64,000 bases of DNA from assembly GCA_947175555.1 (NCBI GenBank), contig CAMWNK010000002.1:19186-83185 (forward strand), given 5' to 3'. Below the pieces are notes generated by a model. That model did no database searches. It saw only the letters and a list, made by a program, of their open reading frames with translations, and was not told where the DNA came from. Positions within the stretch are counted from its first letter, which is position 1; each line of letters starts with the position of its first letter. Positions 37,416 to 47,701 of the stretch are shown here, one piece after another. Origin of the DNA: an uncultured Clostridia bacterium (GTDB lineage Bacteria > Bacillota > Clostridia > Christensenellales > UBA3700). The translations under genes were made by a program, and so were the position numbers.

Positions 37416-37822
37416 AGCAATTTTCCCTATATTATTTTAGCACTCTTTTTTATTTTAGTCAATATACGCCGCGGCGCAATGCGCTATGATATTTACGCTT
37501 ACTTGCGGCTTTATTGCTATATAGCTACGGTGATAGCAGCTACTTTTTAGGCATTATATTTTGACCTTATTACTTGCTCGCATATGAGGCATTGCGCGGC
37601 TTTTTCCTTTTTCGGAAAATGAATTATATGCCGTAAGAATAAGGACTCAATCGATTTTAGTATGAAAAATCGCAAATATGGACCTCTTTATAACTACTCT
37701 TGGGCGCGCTTAGTTGCATATAGGGCGGCGGATTGAGCGTAAAGGCGGAAATTTTACTCCTAAACGCCTATCTATTAAGAGGTAAGAGGAGTAAGGTATG
37801 CTATAATGATATCGGAGGAGAT

Positions 37823-39247
37823 ATGAAGGACGTTATCATTATCGGCGCAGGCGTATGCGGTTGCGCTATAGCCGACGCTTTGGGAGAATACGGCTGCAAC
37901 GTAGCGGTAGTCGAGCGCGCAAGCGACGTCGCGTGCGGCGCCACCAAGGCTAATTCAGGCATAGTTCACGGCGGTTTCGACGCTACCGCAGGCACGCTCA
38001 AGGCTAAGTTCAACGCGCTGGGCAACCCCATGTTCGATGAGCTGTCTAAGCAGCTCGATTTCCCTTTCCGCCGCAACGGCGCATACGTGCTTGCCTTTGA
38101 TAGAGCAGGCATTGACGGGCTCGAAGCTCTGCTCGAGCGCGGCAGAGCCAACGGCATTAAAGACCTTGAGAGAGTAGACGGCGATACGGTGCGCTTGCGC
38201 AATCCGCATGTGTCCAAGTCCGTAACCGCCGCGCTGTATTGTCCTTCTTCTGGCATAGTCTCTCCCTACGAGATGACGATAGCTCTTGCCGAGCGCGCCA
38301 ACATGCGCGGAGCGGAGTTTATATTCAATACGGGCGTTACTGCTATAAGCAGACGCGGCAGCGTCATGACTGTGGATTGCACGGGCGGCAAGTCATATGC
38401 GGCGCGCATGGTAATCAACTGCGCGGGCGTCCATGCAGACGAAGTTGCCGCGGCAGCGGGAGTGCACGACTTTACGATAAGAGGACGCAGAGGGGAGTAT
38501 TACTTGCTCGACAAGACGCAATCATATCTTACCGACGCCACGCTCTTTCAGCTCCCTACGTCGCTTGGCAAGGGAGTGCTCGTCGCGCCCACAGTACACG
38601 GCAACGTACTTGTCGGGCCCACCGCGCTCGACACCGACGATAAGGACGGCGTCGCCACCACGGCGGCGGGGCTTGAGGAAGCTATGTCAAAAGGCAGGCT
38701 GAGCGTCCCGTCGATATCCGCAAGGAGCGCAATCACCCAGTTTGTAGGCGTGAGGGCGCACTGCGATAAGGACGACTTCATCATAGGCATGTCGTCATTG
38801 CAAGGCTTTTACAACGTGGCGGGTATCGAGTCCCCCGGGCTTACGTCCGCGCCTGCCATTGCAAGATACGTCGCGGCGGAAGTTGCGGCATACTTGTCCC
38901 TTAAGCGCAAGACGGACTTTATCACCGTGCGCAAGGGTATACCGTGCTTTGCAGCAATGTCGGATGAAGAGCGTGCCGAGCTCATCGCTTCCGACAGCCG
39001 CTACGGCAAGATAGTGTGCCGTTGCGAGTGCGTTACCGAGGGTGAGATAATAGACAGCATTATGCGTCCCCTCGGCGCGCGCGACATCGACGGCGTCAAG
39101 CGTCGCACCCGTGCGGGCATGGGCAGATGTCAATCGGGATTTTGCTCGCCTACGGTAATACAGCTCATCGCCGATACGTTGGGCGTGCCCGTGCAGTCGG
39201 TTACCAAGTGCGGCGCAGGCTCTTACGCGGTTACGGGGAGGATATGA
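37823..39247 (+). CDS. FAD-dependent glycerol-3-phosphate dehydrogenase/oxidase-like protein with a C-terminal BFD-like [2Fe-2S] domain
   Basis: MKDVIIIGAGVCGCAIA ... CRCECVTEGEIIDSI ... RAGMGRCQSGFC. GGAGGAG RBS before ATG 37823. The ORF-track start at 37733 is too long. Confidence 0.8.
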   Translation: MKDVIIIGAGVCGCAIADALGEYGCNVAVVERASDVACGATKANSGIVHGGFDATAGTLKAKFNALGNPMFDELSKQLDFPFRRNGAYVLAFDRAGIDGLEALLERGRANGIKDLERVDGDTVRLRNPHVSKSVTAALYCPSSGIVSPYEMTIALAERANMRGAEFIFNTGVTAISRRGSVMTVDCTGGKSYAARMVINCAGVHADEVAAAAGVHDFTIRGRRGEYYLLDKTQSYLTDATLFQLPTSLGKGVLVAPTVHGNVLVGPTALDTDDKDGVATTAAGLEEAMSKGRLSVPSISARSAITQFVGVRAHCDKDDFIIGMSSLQGFYNVAGIESPGLTSAPAIARYVAAEVAAYLSLKRKTDFITVRKGIPCFAAMSDEERAELIASDSRYGKIVCRCECVTEGEIIDSIMRPLGARDIDGVKRRTRAGMGRCQSGFCSPTVIQLIADTLGVPVQSVTKCGAGSYAVTGRI

Positions 39248-40512
39248 TGATTAATTGCGAAAGCCGCAGCGTGGTAGTAATAGGCGGAGGCCCTGCGGGA
39301 CTGTCCGCAGCCATTGCCGCATTTGACGCGGGAGCAAAGGACGTACTCGTCTTAGAGCGCGACACGCGTCTCGGCGGTATACTCAATCAATGTATTCACA
39401 ACGGCTTTGGGCTCACCTTATTCAAAAGCGAGCTTACAGGTCCCGAATATGCCGCGCGCCTTATCGACATGGCAAGCGAGCGGGGTATAGAGTGCCGCCT
39501 CAATACTACGGTAGTGTCGGTTGCACCCGATAAGACGATAACTTGCGTCTCAGAAGAAGGCGTCTTTAGCATTACGGCCGACGCAATAGTGCTCACCTGC
39601 GGATGCAGGGAGAGACCTCGCGGAGCTATAGGCATAGCGGGCGCGCGTTGCGCAGGCGTATATACGGCGGGCACGGCGCAGAAGCTCGTCAATATCATGG
39701 GCTATATGGCAGGCAGAGAGTGCGTCATACTCGGCTCGGGCGACATAGGTCTTATCATGGCTCGCCGCATGACGTTGCAGGGAGCCAAAGTGCGGGCGGT
39801 GCTCGAGATAATGCCGCGCGCATCGGGACTGATGCGCAACGTAGTGCAATGTCTCAACGATTACGATATTCCGCTCATGACATCCCACACCGTAGTAGAC
39901 GTGCTGTCGCAAGGCGGCAGAGTAAGCGGAGTAGTCGCCGCAAAAGTGGATAACGATATGCGTCCGATTGCAGGCAGTGAATTTCTCTTACCCTGCGATA
40001 CGCTGCTGCTCAGCGTGGGACTTATACCCGAGACGGAGCTTGCGCGCGAGGCGGGGATAGGTCTGCACCGCGTTACAGGCGGCGCAGAAGTGGACGATAC
40101 GCTCATGAGCAATATTGACGGCATCTTCTGCGCGGGCAATATGCTGCACGTACACGACCTTGCCGACTACGCCTGTTTAGAGAGCGAAGTTGCGGGAAAG
40201 AGGGCTGCCGAGTACGCAATTAACGGTGGCGTTACTCGCGGCGCATTCACCTCCGTCGAGTGCGGCGACGGTATCCGCTACGCCGTGCCGATGAAGATAT
40301 TATCCTCAGGCAGCGGCTCGATAACCTTTACCGCGCGTCCGAGCGCGGAATACGCCTTGGGGCGGATATGTATAGAGGCAGACGGAGAGGAGATATACTC
40401 CAAGCGCGAGGCGGGCATACGTCCTGCTACCATGCTCAGATACGTCCTCAATAGCGCTCAATCGGATAAATTACGCTCCGCAAGTCGTATATGTATCAAA
40501 GTGAGGGAATAA
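39244..40512 (+). CDS. NAD(P)/FAD-dependent oxidoreductase (second subunit of the glycerol-3-P dehydrogenase-like module)
   Basis: MMINCESRSVVVIGGGPAGLSAA ... ILGSGDIGLIMA. ATGA overlap with the upstream gene. Confidence 0.75.
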   Translation: MMINCESRSVVVIGGGPAGLSAAIAAFDAGAKDVLVLERDTRLGGILNQCIHNGFGLTLFKSELTGPEYAARLIDMASERGIECRLNTTVVSVAPDKTITCVSEEGVFSITADAIVLTCGCRERPRGAIGIAGARCAGVYTAGTAQKLVNIMGYMAGRECVILGSGDIGLIMARRMTLQGAKVRAVLEIMPRASGLMRNVVQCLNDYDIPLMTSHTVVDVLSQGGRVSGVVAAKVDNDMRPIAGSEFLLPCDTLLLSVGLIPETELAREAGIGLHRVTGGAEVDDTLMSNIDGIFCAGNMLHVHDLADYACLESEVAGKRAAEYAINGGVTRGAFTSVECGDGIRYAVPMKILSSGSGSITFTARPSAEYALGRICIEADGEEIYSKREAGIRPATMLRYVLNSAQSDKLRSASRICIKVRE

Positions 40513-40513
40513 T

Positions 40514-40873
40514 ATGGAAGTAGTCTGCACAGTTTGTCCCAGAGGATGCAATATCAGCGTTATAAGCGAGGGCGAGGGCTACGCCGTCCAAGGCAACGGC
40601 TGTATGCGCGGCAAGGATTATGCGCTGCGCGAGTTGACTATGCCCATGCGCAACTTTTCGCTTGCGCTGTCCGTAGCGGGCGGCGATACGGACGTAGTTG
40701 CGGTAAGGACGTCCGCGCCTGTAAGGCGAGAGTGCATCGCGGAGATTGCGCTTGCAGCGCGCGCTCTTACGCTCTCGGCGCCAATAAAAGCGGGAGACGT
40801 AATAATATCTAAAGTGGACGGAGACAGCGACCTCATAGCCGCAAGCACCGTCAACTTAAAGGAGGGTACATGA
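40514..40873 (+). CDS. DUF1667-domain protein (third component of the same module)
   Basis: 119 aa. VCTVCPRGCNISV..GNGCMRGKDYALRE. Usual position after the two flavoproteins. Confidence 0.7.
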   Translation: MEVVCTVCPRGCNISVISEGEGYAVQGNGCMRGKDYALRELTMPMRNFSLALSVAGGDTDVVAVRTSAPVRRECIAEIALAARALTLSAPIKAGDVIISKVDGDSDLIAASTVNLKEGT

Positions 40874-42348
40874 AGTATATTCTTTCGCTTGATCAAGGCA
40901 CCACGGGCAGCCGCGCCGTACTGTACGGAGAGGACGGCAAGCCTATTGCCATAGCGCGGCGCGAGGTTAATCAGATTTACCCTCGGCGCGGATGGGTAGA
41001 GCACGATGCTGCCGAGATATGGAATAATCAGCTCGACGCGGCGCGCGCCGTCATACGCGAGAGCGGAATATCGGCGGACGATATCCTTGCTATCGGCATA
41101 GCCAATCAGCGCGAAACCGCTGTGATATGGGATAAGGGCGGTCAGCCCTACGCCAATGCGATAGTGTGGCAATGCCGCCGCACTTCGGATATGTGCGAGC
41201 AACTCAAGGAAGAAGGTCTTGAGGATTATATATACGACAGGACGGGACTTAAGGTAGATCCCTACTTCTCCGCGACTAAATTCAAGTGGCTTATCAACAA
41301 TGTCCCCGCAATACGCTCCAACATCACCGGCGGCAACGTATTTGCAGGCACTATGGACAGCTACCTGCTGTACAGGCTTACGGGGTGCAGAGTGCACGCC
41401 ACAGATTATACCAACGCTTCGCGCACCATGCTGTTTAATATACACAAGCTGGACTGGGATTGCTCACTGATGGCAATGTTCGGTATCCCCAAGTCCATTC
41501 TGCCTAAGGTCTATCCATCGGGACACCTATACGGATATACGTCGCCCGAGCTGTTCGGCAGACGCATTCCCATATGCGGCATGGCAGGCGACCAGCAGGC
41601 TGCGCTGTTCGGTATGCTTTGCACGCGCGCAGGCGATATCAAGAGCACTTACGGCACAGGCTGCTTCACGCTCATGAACACGGGAGAGCGCAACATAATA
41701 TCGGGGCGCGGACTCATTACCACGCTTTCCGCTTGCGTAGACAGCCGTCCCGACTACGTGCTCGAAGGCTCGGTATTTTCCAGCGGAGCCGTCATCACGT
41801 GGCTCAAGCAGGGACTTCGCGCGGTAGACGACGAAGAGGAATGCGTAGCTATCGCTCAATCTCTATCCGACAGCGGCGGAGTATACTTAGTGCCCGCTTT
41901 CGTAGGACTTGGCGCGCCGCATTGGGACAGCGAGGCAAGAGGTACAATAGTGGGCATTACGCGCGGCACTACGCGCGAGCATATCGTAAGAGCTGCGCAG
42001 GAGAGCGCGGCGTATCAAGTCATGGACGTTCTGCGCGCCGTTCAAGCCGATACTGGCATCAAGATAGACTCGCTCAACGTGGACGGCGGACTGAGCAACA
42101 ATGACTTTGTAATGCAATTTCAGGCAGATATCTCGGGTATAAGCGTAGTGCGTCCCGTCATCAAGGAGAGCACCTCGCTGGGCGCGGCGTATCTTGCAGG
42201 ACTTACTATAGGCATGTGGAACGATATAGAGCAACTACGCGTCAATAAACAGGCAGAAAAGGTATTCACCCCCGATATGGATAAGAGCGAGCGCAGCAGA
42301 TTCATTTTAGGGTGGGAGAAGGCCGTAAGACAGACCGTAGCCAAGTAA
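40870..42348 (+). CDS. glpK: Glycerol kinase
   Basis: 492 aa. YILSLDQGTTGSRAVLY ... GWVEHDAAEIW ... GIANQRETAVIWDK ... GDQQAALFG. Confidence 0.95.
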   Translation: MKYILSLDQGTTGSRAVLYGEDGKPIAIARREVNQIYPRRGWVEHDAAEIWNNQLDAARAVIRESGISADDILAIGIANQRETAVIWDKGGQPYANAIVWQCRRTSDMCEQLKEEGLEDYIYDRTGLKVDPYFSATKFKWLINNVPAIRSNITGGNVFAGTMDSYLLYRLTGCRVHATDYTNASRTMLFNIHKLDWDCSLMAMFGIPKSILPKVYPSGHLYGYTSPELFGRRIPICGMAGDQQAALFGMLCTRAGDIKSTYGTGCFTLMNTGERNIISGRGLITTLSACVDSRPDYVLEGSVFSSGAVITWLKQGLRAVDDEEECVAIAQSLSDSGGVYLVPAFVGLGAPHWDSEARGTIVGITRGTTREHIVRAAQESAAYQVMDVLRAVQADTGIKIDSLNVDGGLSNNDFVMQFQADISGISVVRPVIKESTSLGAAYLAGLTIGMWNDIEQLRVNKQAEKVFTPDMDKSERSRFILGWEKAVRQTVAK

Positions 42349-42602
42349 TAAAAATGCGCCATTAAGCGCATGTGTCCTATTTATCGGGTTTTTACCATTG
42401 TATGGGGCAAGAGTACATGATTGTGTATAGCTTGCCTCATATATTTTATCTTAGCATATATCCATGCCTTTTTATTTCTCGATTGAGATAAGCAATAGTC
42501 GTATACGGCACGTTATCTCGCCCGTCAATATTTAGCTACATTATCGATAGGATTTGCAGGCATATTTCACATAGGATAGGAAAGTAACGGTTATGCCCTC
42601 AT

Positions 42603-43682
42603 TTAGTTTTCCGCTTTTGCCGTGGATATAACGTTGGCGGCGGGGCTTTCTTCATACTCCGTACACGTGATTATAGTCTGTAGCTTAGACGTCTCGGTCA
42701 GCAACATATTGCGCCTGTCCTTATCCAGCTCGGACAGGACGTCGTCGAGCAGCAGTATGGGAGTCTCGCCCGTCTCGTGGGTGAAGAGGGATATTTCCGA
42801 CAGCTTGAGCGAGAGCGCCGCCGTGCGTTGCTGTCCTTGCGAGCCGTACTTGCGCACGTCTATACCGTCTACGCTTATCTTGATATCGTCTCTGTGCGGT
42901 CCTATCGTGGTATATTGCAGATAGGCGTCCTTTTCGTATGACTTTGCCAGCTTAGATATAAGCTCCGTCTCGATATCTTTAATATCGCCCCTCTCGATAC
43001 CGCTCTCATAGCTCAGCTCCAGCTTTTCCGCGCCCGCGGTCAACTTAAGGTGCCGCTCGAGGGCAAATGTCTTGAGCTTGTCCACAAAGTCGTATCTCGC
43101 CGCTATCAGCTTGGCGCCTTCCGCCGCCATTTGCGTATCCCATACCTGCAACGACTGTTGCAGCTTCTCGCCCGCAGGCAGGGACTTGAGCAGCTTATTG
43201 CGTCTTAGCAATACGGCGTTATACCGCGAGAGCGCGTATAGATAATTGGCAGACTGCTGCGACAGCGAAATATCCGCAAATCTTCTGCGCTCTTGCGGGG
43301 CGTCCTTGACAAGTTTCATCTCGTCGGGAGAAAAGAATACGACGTTCATCACTCCGATAAGCTGAGATATCCTGCTTATCGGTATGCCGTCTATCGCAAT
43401 CCTCTTTTTCTCCCTCGCGTCGATGTATATATCTATAGTGTGGCTGCGGTACTTTTTGACGAGCTTAAGTCCTATGTACGCTCCGTCGCAGCCCCAACGT
43501 ATGCAGTCCTTATCCCTGCTCACGCGCGCAGAGTTACCCAGACCGCATATATACACGCTTTCAAGCAGATTGGTCTTGCCGGTAGCGTTTTTACCCACTA
43601 TCGCGTTAAGTCCGTCTGTGAAAGACACCTTTTTATCCGCATAGTTGCGGAAGTTGTTCAGCTTTACGCTATCTACGTACAT
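42603..43682 (-). CDS. recF: DNA replication/repair protein RecF
   Basis: 359 aa. MYVDSVKLNNFRNY ... IVGKNATGKTNLLES ... GPHRDD ... GSQGQQRTAALSLKL ... LLLDDVLSELD. The start lies 4 nt after the rsmG stop. Confidence 0.9.
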   Translation of the reverse strand: MYVDSVKLNNFRNYADKKVSFTDGLNAIVGKNATGKTNLLESVYICGLGNSARVSRDKDCIRWGCDGAYIGLKLVKKYRSHTIDIYIDAREKKRIAIDGIPISRISQLIGVMNVVFFSPDEMKLVKDAPQERRRFADISLSQQSANYLYALSRYNAVLLRRNKLLKSLPAGEKLQQSLQVWDTQMAAEGAKLIAARYDFVDKLKTFALERHLKLTAGAEKLELSYESGIERGDIKDIETELISKLAKSYEKDAYLQYTTIGPHRDDIKISVDGIDVRKYGSQGQQRTAALSLKLSEISLFTHETGETPILLLDDVLSELDKDRRNMLLTETSKLQTIITCTEYEESPAANVISTAKAEN

Positions 43683-43686
43683 TCAG

Positions 43687-44373
43687 CTATGCAAGGGGAG
43701 ACAGCCTCGGCTTATTGCCTCCTCTGGGGTATGCAGCCGGAGTGGGCTTTATCTTATGCACAGCTATCAGCATCCTGCGGTCTCCGCAAGGCAGAGTAGT
43801 GCTCAAAGTGTTTACGTTGCCTGCGCCGAGCAGCTTAAGAGCTTTAGCCGCCGCCTTCAACTCTTTCTCGCCGTCCGCGCCCTTATATGCAAGCATTATT
43901 CCGCCCTTCTTTACAAGCGGCATGCAATACTCCGACAGTACGTTCATGGGTGCGACAGCGCGCGCCGTGCATACGTCGTATTCCTCTCTGTGCTCTTGCG
44001 CCCAGTCCTCCGCCCTTACGTGATAAGCGGTGCAGTTGTCAATCTCCAGCTCGTCTATGATGTGGTCGATAAAGCCGACGCGCTTGTTAAGACTGTCTAC
44101 AGACGTAAAGGTGCAGTCGGGGCGAGCTAACGCAAGCGGAATTACGGGCAATCCCGCTCCGCTGCCTATATCGCACACTTTTGCTCCGCGCGGCAGTTGC
44201 GTTACAGCCATCAGGCTGTCGATAAAGTGCTTTTCGTACACTTCTTCCTTCTCGGTAATCGCCGTAAGGTTAAACTTTTCGTTCCACTCGATCAGTTCTT
44301 CATAAAAGAAGTCGAGCTTGCCTCTTATATCTCTTACGCCATAGCGCTCGAGATAGCCGTCCAATATATCCAT
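43687..44373 (-). CDS. rsmG: 16S rRNA (guanine527-N7)-methyltransferase
   Basis: 228 aa. EWNEKFNLTAI ... VCDIGSGAGLPVIPLA. 1-nt overlap with mnmG. Confidence 0.9.
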   Translation of the reverse strand: MDILDGYLERYGVRDIRGKLDFFYEELIEWNEKFNLTAITEKEEVYEKHFIDSLMAVTQLPRGAKVCDIGSGAGLPVIPLALARPDCTFTSVDSLNKRVGFIDHIIDELEIDNCTAYHVRAEDWAQEHREEYDVCTARAVAPMNVLSEYCMPLVKKGGIMLAYKGADGEKELKAAAKALKLLGAGNVNTLSTTLPCGDRRMLIAVHKIKPTPAAYPRGGNKPRLSPLA

Positions 44374-46265
44374 TATTTACTCCTTACGGACAGATACGCC
44401 ATGAGTACCGTAATATCGGCGGGCGATACTCCCGATATCCTTGACGCCTGTCCTAAATTAATAGGCTTGATTTTGTCCAGCTTTTGTCTTGCTTCCAACC
44501 TTAATCCGTGCATATTGATATAGTCGATATCATCGGGGAGCGCCCTATGTTCGAGTTTTTTCTCTTGCTCGATAGCCGCCTGCTGCTTTTTGAGATATCC
44601 CTCATATCTGCATTCGGTAGCAAGCTCCGCCATAGCGCGCGCGCTGCAACCGTTAAGAGATGCGACGTGTTGCCTCACCACTTGCGCGGGCAAGCCCCTC
44701 TTTATCAATATTTCGGCAGTAGCCGCGCCATCCGTTGCGGGAATACCCGCGGCGGCGTAGCACGCCCTTATCTCGCCGATAGATAGGTTGTCTTTCAGCT
44801 TTTCGCGATAAGTATCCAGCTCGCTCTTGCGCTTAAGGTACCTATCGTAACGCTTATCGTCCACAAGTCCTACGTCGCGCCCCTTTTGCGTAAGACGCAT
44901 GTCCGCATTGTCCTGTCTTAGGTGCAGGCGGTGCTCCGCTCTTGCAGTCATCATGCGGTAGGGCTCGTTGGTCCCCTTGGTTACAAGGTCGTCAATCAGC
45001 ACACCCGCGTACGCTTCGTCTCTGCCCAGTACGAGCGGGGACGTACCTGCAAGATAGTTTGCGGCGTTGATGCCTGCCATCAGCCCTTGCGCCGCAGCCT
45101 CTTCGTAGCCGCTCGAGCCGTTAATCTGTCCGCAGGCGTACAGCCCTTTTACCCCCTTTACCGACAAATCTGCCGATAGGGCGGTAGAATCTATGCAATC
45201 GTACTCTATGGCATAGGCGTATCGCACTATGCGCACCCTTTCCATTCCTTCTACGCTGCGATACATCTGCTCTTGCACGTCGAAGGGTAGCGACGACGAC
45301 ATGCCCTGTACGTACATCTCGTCCGTATACGCGCTCTCCGGCTCTATAAATATCTGATGCCTTTCCTTATCGGCAAAGCGCATTATCTTGTCCTCGATAG
45401 AGGGGCAGTATCTCGGTCCCGTGCTCTTGATAGAGCCGTTATACAGCGGCGAGCGGTGGATATTATCTGTTATGATTTTCTTAGTATCGGCGGTAGTATA
45501 GGTCAGATAACAGGGCATTACGTTCTTGATATAACCGTCTGTCATAAAGGAGAAGGGATATATTTCCTCTTGTCCTTCCTGCACGCTCATCTTGGAATAA
45601 TCCAAGGTTTTACCGTCCACTCTTGCGGGCGTACCGGTCTTGAACCTTCTTACGCTCAGCCCCAAGTCAATAAGACTTTGCGTGAGCTCTGTCGCGGCGG
45701 CAAAGCCCGACGGCCCCGTCTTCTGCACCCAGTCTCCGATTACTATATTGGCGTTGAGATACACTCCCGTAGCCACCACCGCCACAGGCGAAAAGTACGT
45801 ATCGCCCAGGACGGTCTTGACGCCGCATACGCTGCCGCCCGACGTCAATATCTCGGACGCTTCGCTCTGCAAGATATCAAGATTGTCCTGCGTCTCGAGC
45901 GTCCTTTTCATGTTCATATGATAGGCTATCTTGTCCGCTTGCGCGCGCAGCGACTGCACAGCCTCGCCCTTGCCCGTGTTGAGCATACGTATTTGCAGAG
46001 CAGTGGCGTCCGCATTTATGCCTATCTGTCCGCCCAATGCGTCCACCTCGCGCACGAGATGTCCCTTAGCCGTGCCGCCTATAGCGGGATTGCACGCCAT
46101 ATAAGCAATAGCGTCGGGCGTGAGCGTCATCATCAGCGTTCTGTGCCCCGTGCGAGCAAGCGCGAGGGCAGCCTCCACTCCCGCGTGTCCTCCGCCTATT
46201 ACTATTGCATCGTAGCTCTTATTCTTCACGGTAATAATTTTATCACAATTAATCCCAATGGGCAA
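44373..46265 (-). CDS. mnmG: tRNA uridine-5-carboxymethylaminomethyl modification enzyme MnmG (GidA)
   Basis: 630 aa. YDAIVIGGGHAGVEAALA ... GPRYCPSIEDK ... QINGSSGYEEAAAQG. Start codon uncertain (TTG 46265 or GTG 46229; no clear SD for either). Confidence 0.9.
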   Translation of the reverse strand: MPIGINCDKIITVKNKSYDAIVIGGGHAGVEAALALARTGHRTLMMTLTPDAIAYMACNPAIGGTAKGHLVREVDALGGQIGINADATALQIRMLNTGKGEAVQSLRAQADKIAYHMNMKRTLETQDNLDILQSEASEILTSGGSVCGVKTVLGDTYFSPVAVVATGVYLNANIVIGDWVQKTGPSGFAAATELTQSLIDLGLSVRRFKTGTPARVDGKTLDYSKMSVQEGQEEIYPFSFMTDGYIKNVMPCYLTYTTADTKKIITDNIHRSPLYNGSIKSTGPRYCPSIEDKIMRFADKERHQIFIEPESAYTDEMYVQGMSSSLPFDVQEQMYRSVEGMERVRIVRYAYAIEYDCIDSTALSADLSVKGVKGLYACGQINGSSGYEEAAAQGLMAGINAANYLAGTSPLVLGRDEAYAGVLIDDLVTKGTNEPYRMMTARAEHRLHLRQDNADMRLTQKGRDVGLVDDKRYDRYLKRKSELDTYREKLKDNLSIGEIRACYAAAGIPATDGAATAEILIKRGLPAQVVRQHVASLNGCSARAMAELATECRYEGYLKKQQAAIEQEKKLEHRALPDDIDYINMHGLRLEARQKLDKIKPINLGQASRISGVSPADITVLMAYLSVRSK

Positions 46266-46330
46266 CTATATGCGTGTGCGCACGCGCACGTAGCTTATTA
46301 CTATTCTATATCCTAAGATATCCGCCTTAT

Positions 46331-47665
46331 CTATTTTCCGAGGCAAAACTTTTGGAAAATATTGTCTATTATTTTCTCATCTGCCGTATCGCCCGTTATC
46401 TCGCCGAGTGCACGGTACGCCGCGCGCATGTCCAAAAGGGTGCATTCCGACGGCGCGCAATTAAGATTATCGATTGCGCTTGCTATACTGCCCGCCGCAC
46501 GCTCGAGAGCGTCTTTATGCCTTTGCGACGTTATCACTTCCGCGCCCGCGTCGATATTGCTATCCAAGACGGCGTCTACGGCGGCTTTTTTTACGCTGTC
46601 TATACCTTGCAGCGTCTTTGCGCTTATCTCTATGCCTTTAAGGGCGTTTTTACGCGGCAAATCGCACTTATTGACGACTGTTATTATGCGCTTTTTGCCG
46701 TCGTTGAGCTGCCTTAGCAATTCCTCTTCCTCTATCGTAATCTCTCTTGAAGCGTCGGTTACGAATAGCACAAGGTCGCTGCCGGATGCGAGCCTCCTGC
46801 TCCTTTCGATGCCTGCGCTCTCCACCTTGTCGTCGCTATCGCGAATACCTGCGGTATCTATCAGTCTCAGAGCTATGCCTTCCGCCTCTATCACCTCGTC
46901 GATACTGTCGCGCGTGGTGCCTGCGATGTCGGTAACTATCGCTCTGTCCGATTGCGTAAGCGCATTGAACAGCGACGACTTGCCCACATTGGTCGAGCCG
47001 ATGATTGCAACCTTAATGCCGTCTTTGACATATCTGCCCGTATTGCAGGTGGCGAGCAGTGCAGTCAGTTTATCGGCACACGCCCTAAGAGTATGTATTG
47101 CGTCCTGCTTGCTCTCGTCTTCCATCTCTTCGGGATAGTCGAGACTTGCCTCCATGTACGATATACTGTCAAGCAGCTTTGCCTGCATTTCCTTTACGAC
47201 AGTCGAGGTCCTGCCCGTAGCCAGTCTGTAGCCTGCATTGATAGCCGCCGCGCTATCTGCGTTAATCATATCGGCTACGCCTTCGGCATCGCTGAGCGCA
47301 AGTTTACCGTTTAAGAAGGCTCGCTTTGTAAATTCGCCTCGCTCCGCCGCCCGCGCGCCCGCACGCACGCAGCCGTCTAAAACTCTCTTTACAAGGCTTA
47401 CGCCGCCGTGGCAGTGCAGCTCCGCCACATTCTCGCCCGTATACGAGTTGGGCGCGGCAAAATATACGGCAAGACATCTGTCCGAAATCCCCGAGCAGGA
47501 GAGCTCTCCCAGACACATCGTATTGGACGCCGCGTCGGTCAATTTCGACGCCTTGTACGGCCTGAAGAGCATATCTACAATCTCAAGGGCTTTATCGCCG
47601 CTAAGCCTAACTATTCCTACAGCTCCGCTGCCCAGCGGAGTGGATATTGCAGCTATTGTATCCAT
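46331..47665 (-). CDS. mnmE: tRNA modification GTPase MnmE (TrmE)
   Basis: 444 aa. DTIAAISTPLGSGAVGIVRLSG ... GSTNVGKSSLFNAL ... DTAGIR ... C-terminal FCLGK. Confidence 0.9.
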   Translation of the reverse strand: MDTIAAISTPLGSGAVGIVRLSGDKALEIVDMLFRPYKASKLTDAASNTMCLGELSCSGISDRCLAVYFAAPNSYTGENVAELHCHGGVSLVKRVLDGCVRAGARAAERGEFTKRAFLNGKLALSDAEGVADMINADSAAAINAGYRLATGRTSTVVKEMQAKLLDSISYMEASLDYPEEMEDESKQDAIHTLRACADKLTALLATCNTGRYVKDGIKVAIIGSTNVGKSSLFNALTQSDRAIVTDIAGTTRDSIDEVIEAEGIALRLIDTAGIRDSDDKVESAGIERSRRLASGSDLVLFVTDASREITIEEEELLRQLNDGKKRIITVVNKCDLPRKNALKGIEISAKTLQGIDSVKKAAVDAVLDSNIDAGAEVITSQRHKDALERAAGSIASAIDNLNCAPSECTLLDMRAAYRALGEITGDTADEKIIDNIFQKFCLGK

Positions 47666-47701
47666 AATTCTATTCTATCACCTAACTTTGCTATCCGCAA
47701 C

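Noticed and set aside
42354-42371. The ATGCGC-cattaa-GCGCAT hairpin after glpK as a terminator.
   Set aside because: The stem is only 6 bp, with no T-run on the glpK (+) side. The T-run is on the minus side, 230 nt from the recF stop. This is too weak to call.
45357-46316. Long antisense ORFs opposite well-supported genes. Examples: 45357-46316 (319 aa, opposite mnmG), 46362-47138 (258 aa, opposite mnmE), 40618-41445 (275 aa, opposite glpK), 9487-10131, 53756-54379, 57597-58289, 59109-59747 and 62127-62747.
   Set aside because: Their translations are Arg/Ser/Ala/His-rich and low in complexity. They have no SD sequences and recognisable domains only on the opposite strand. These are classic shadow ORFs created by the codon bias of the real gene.
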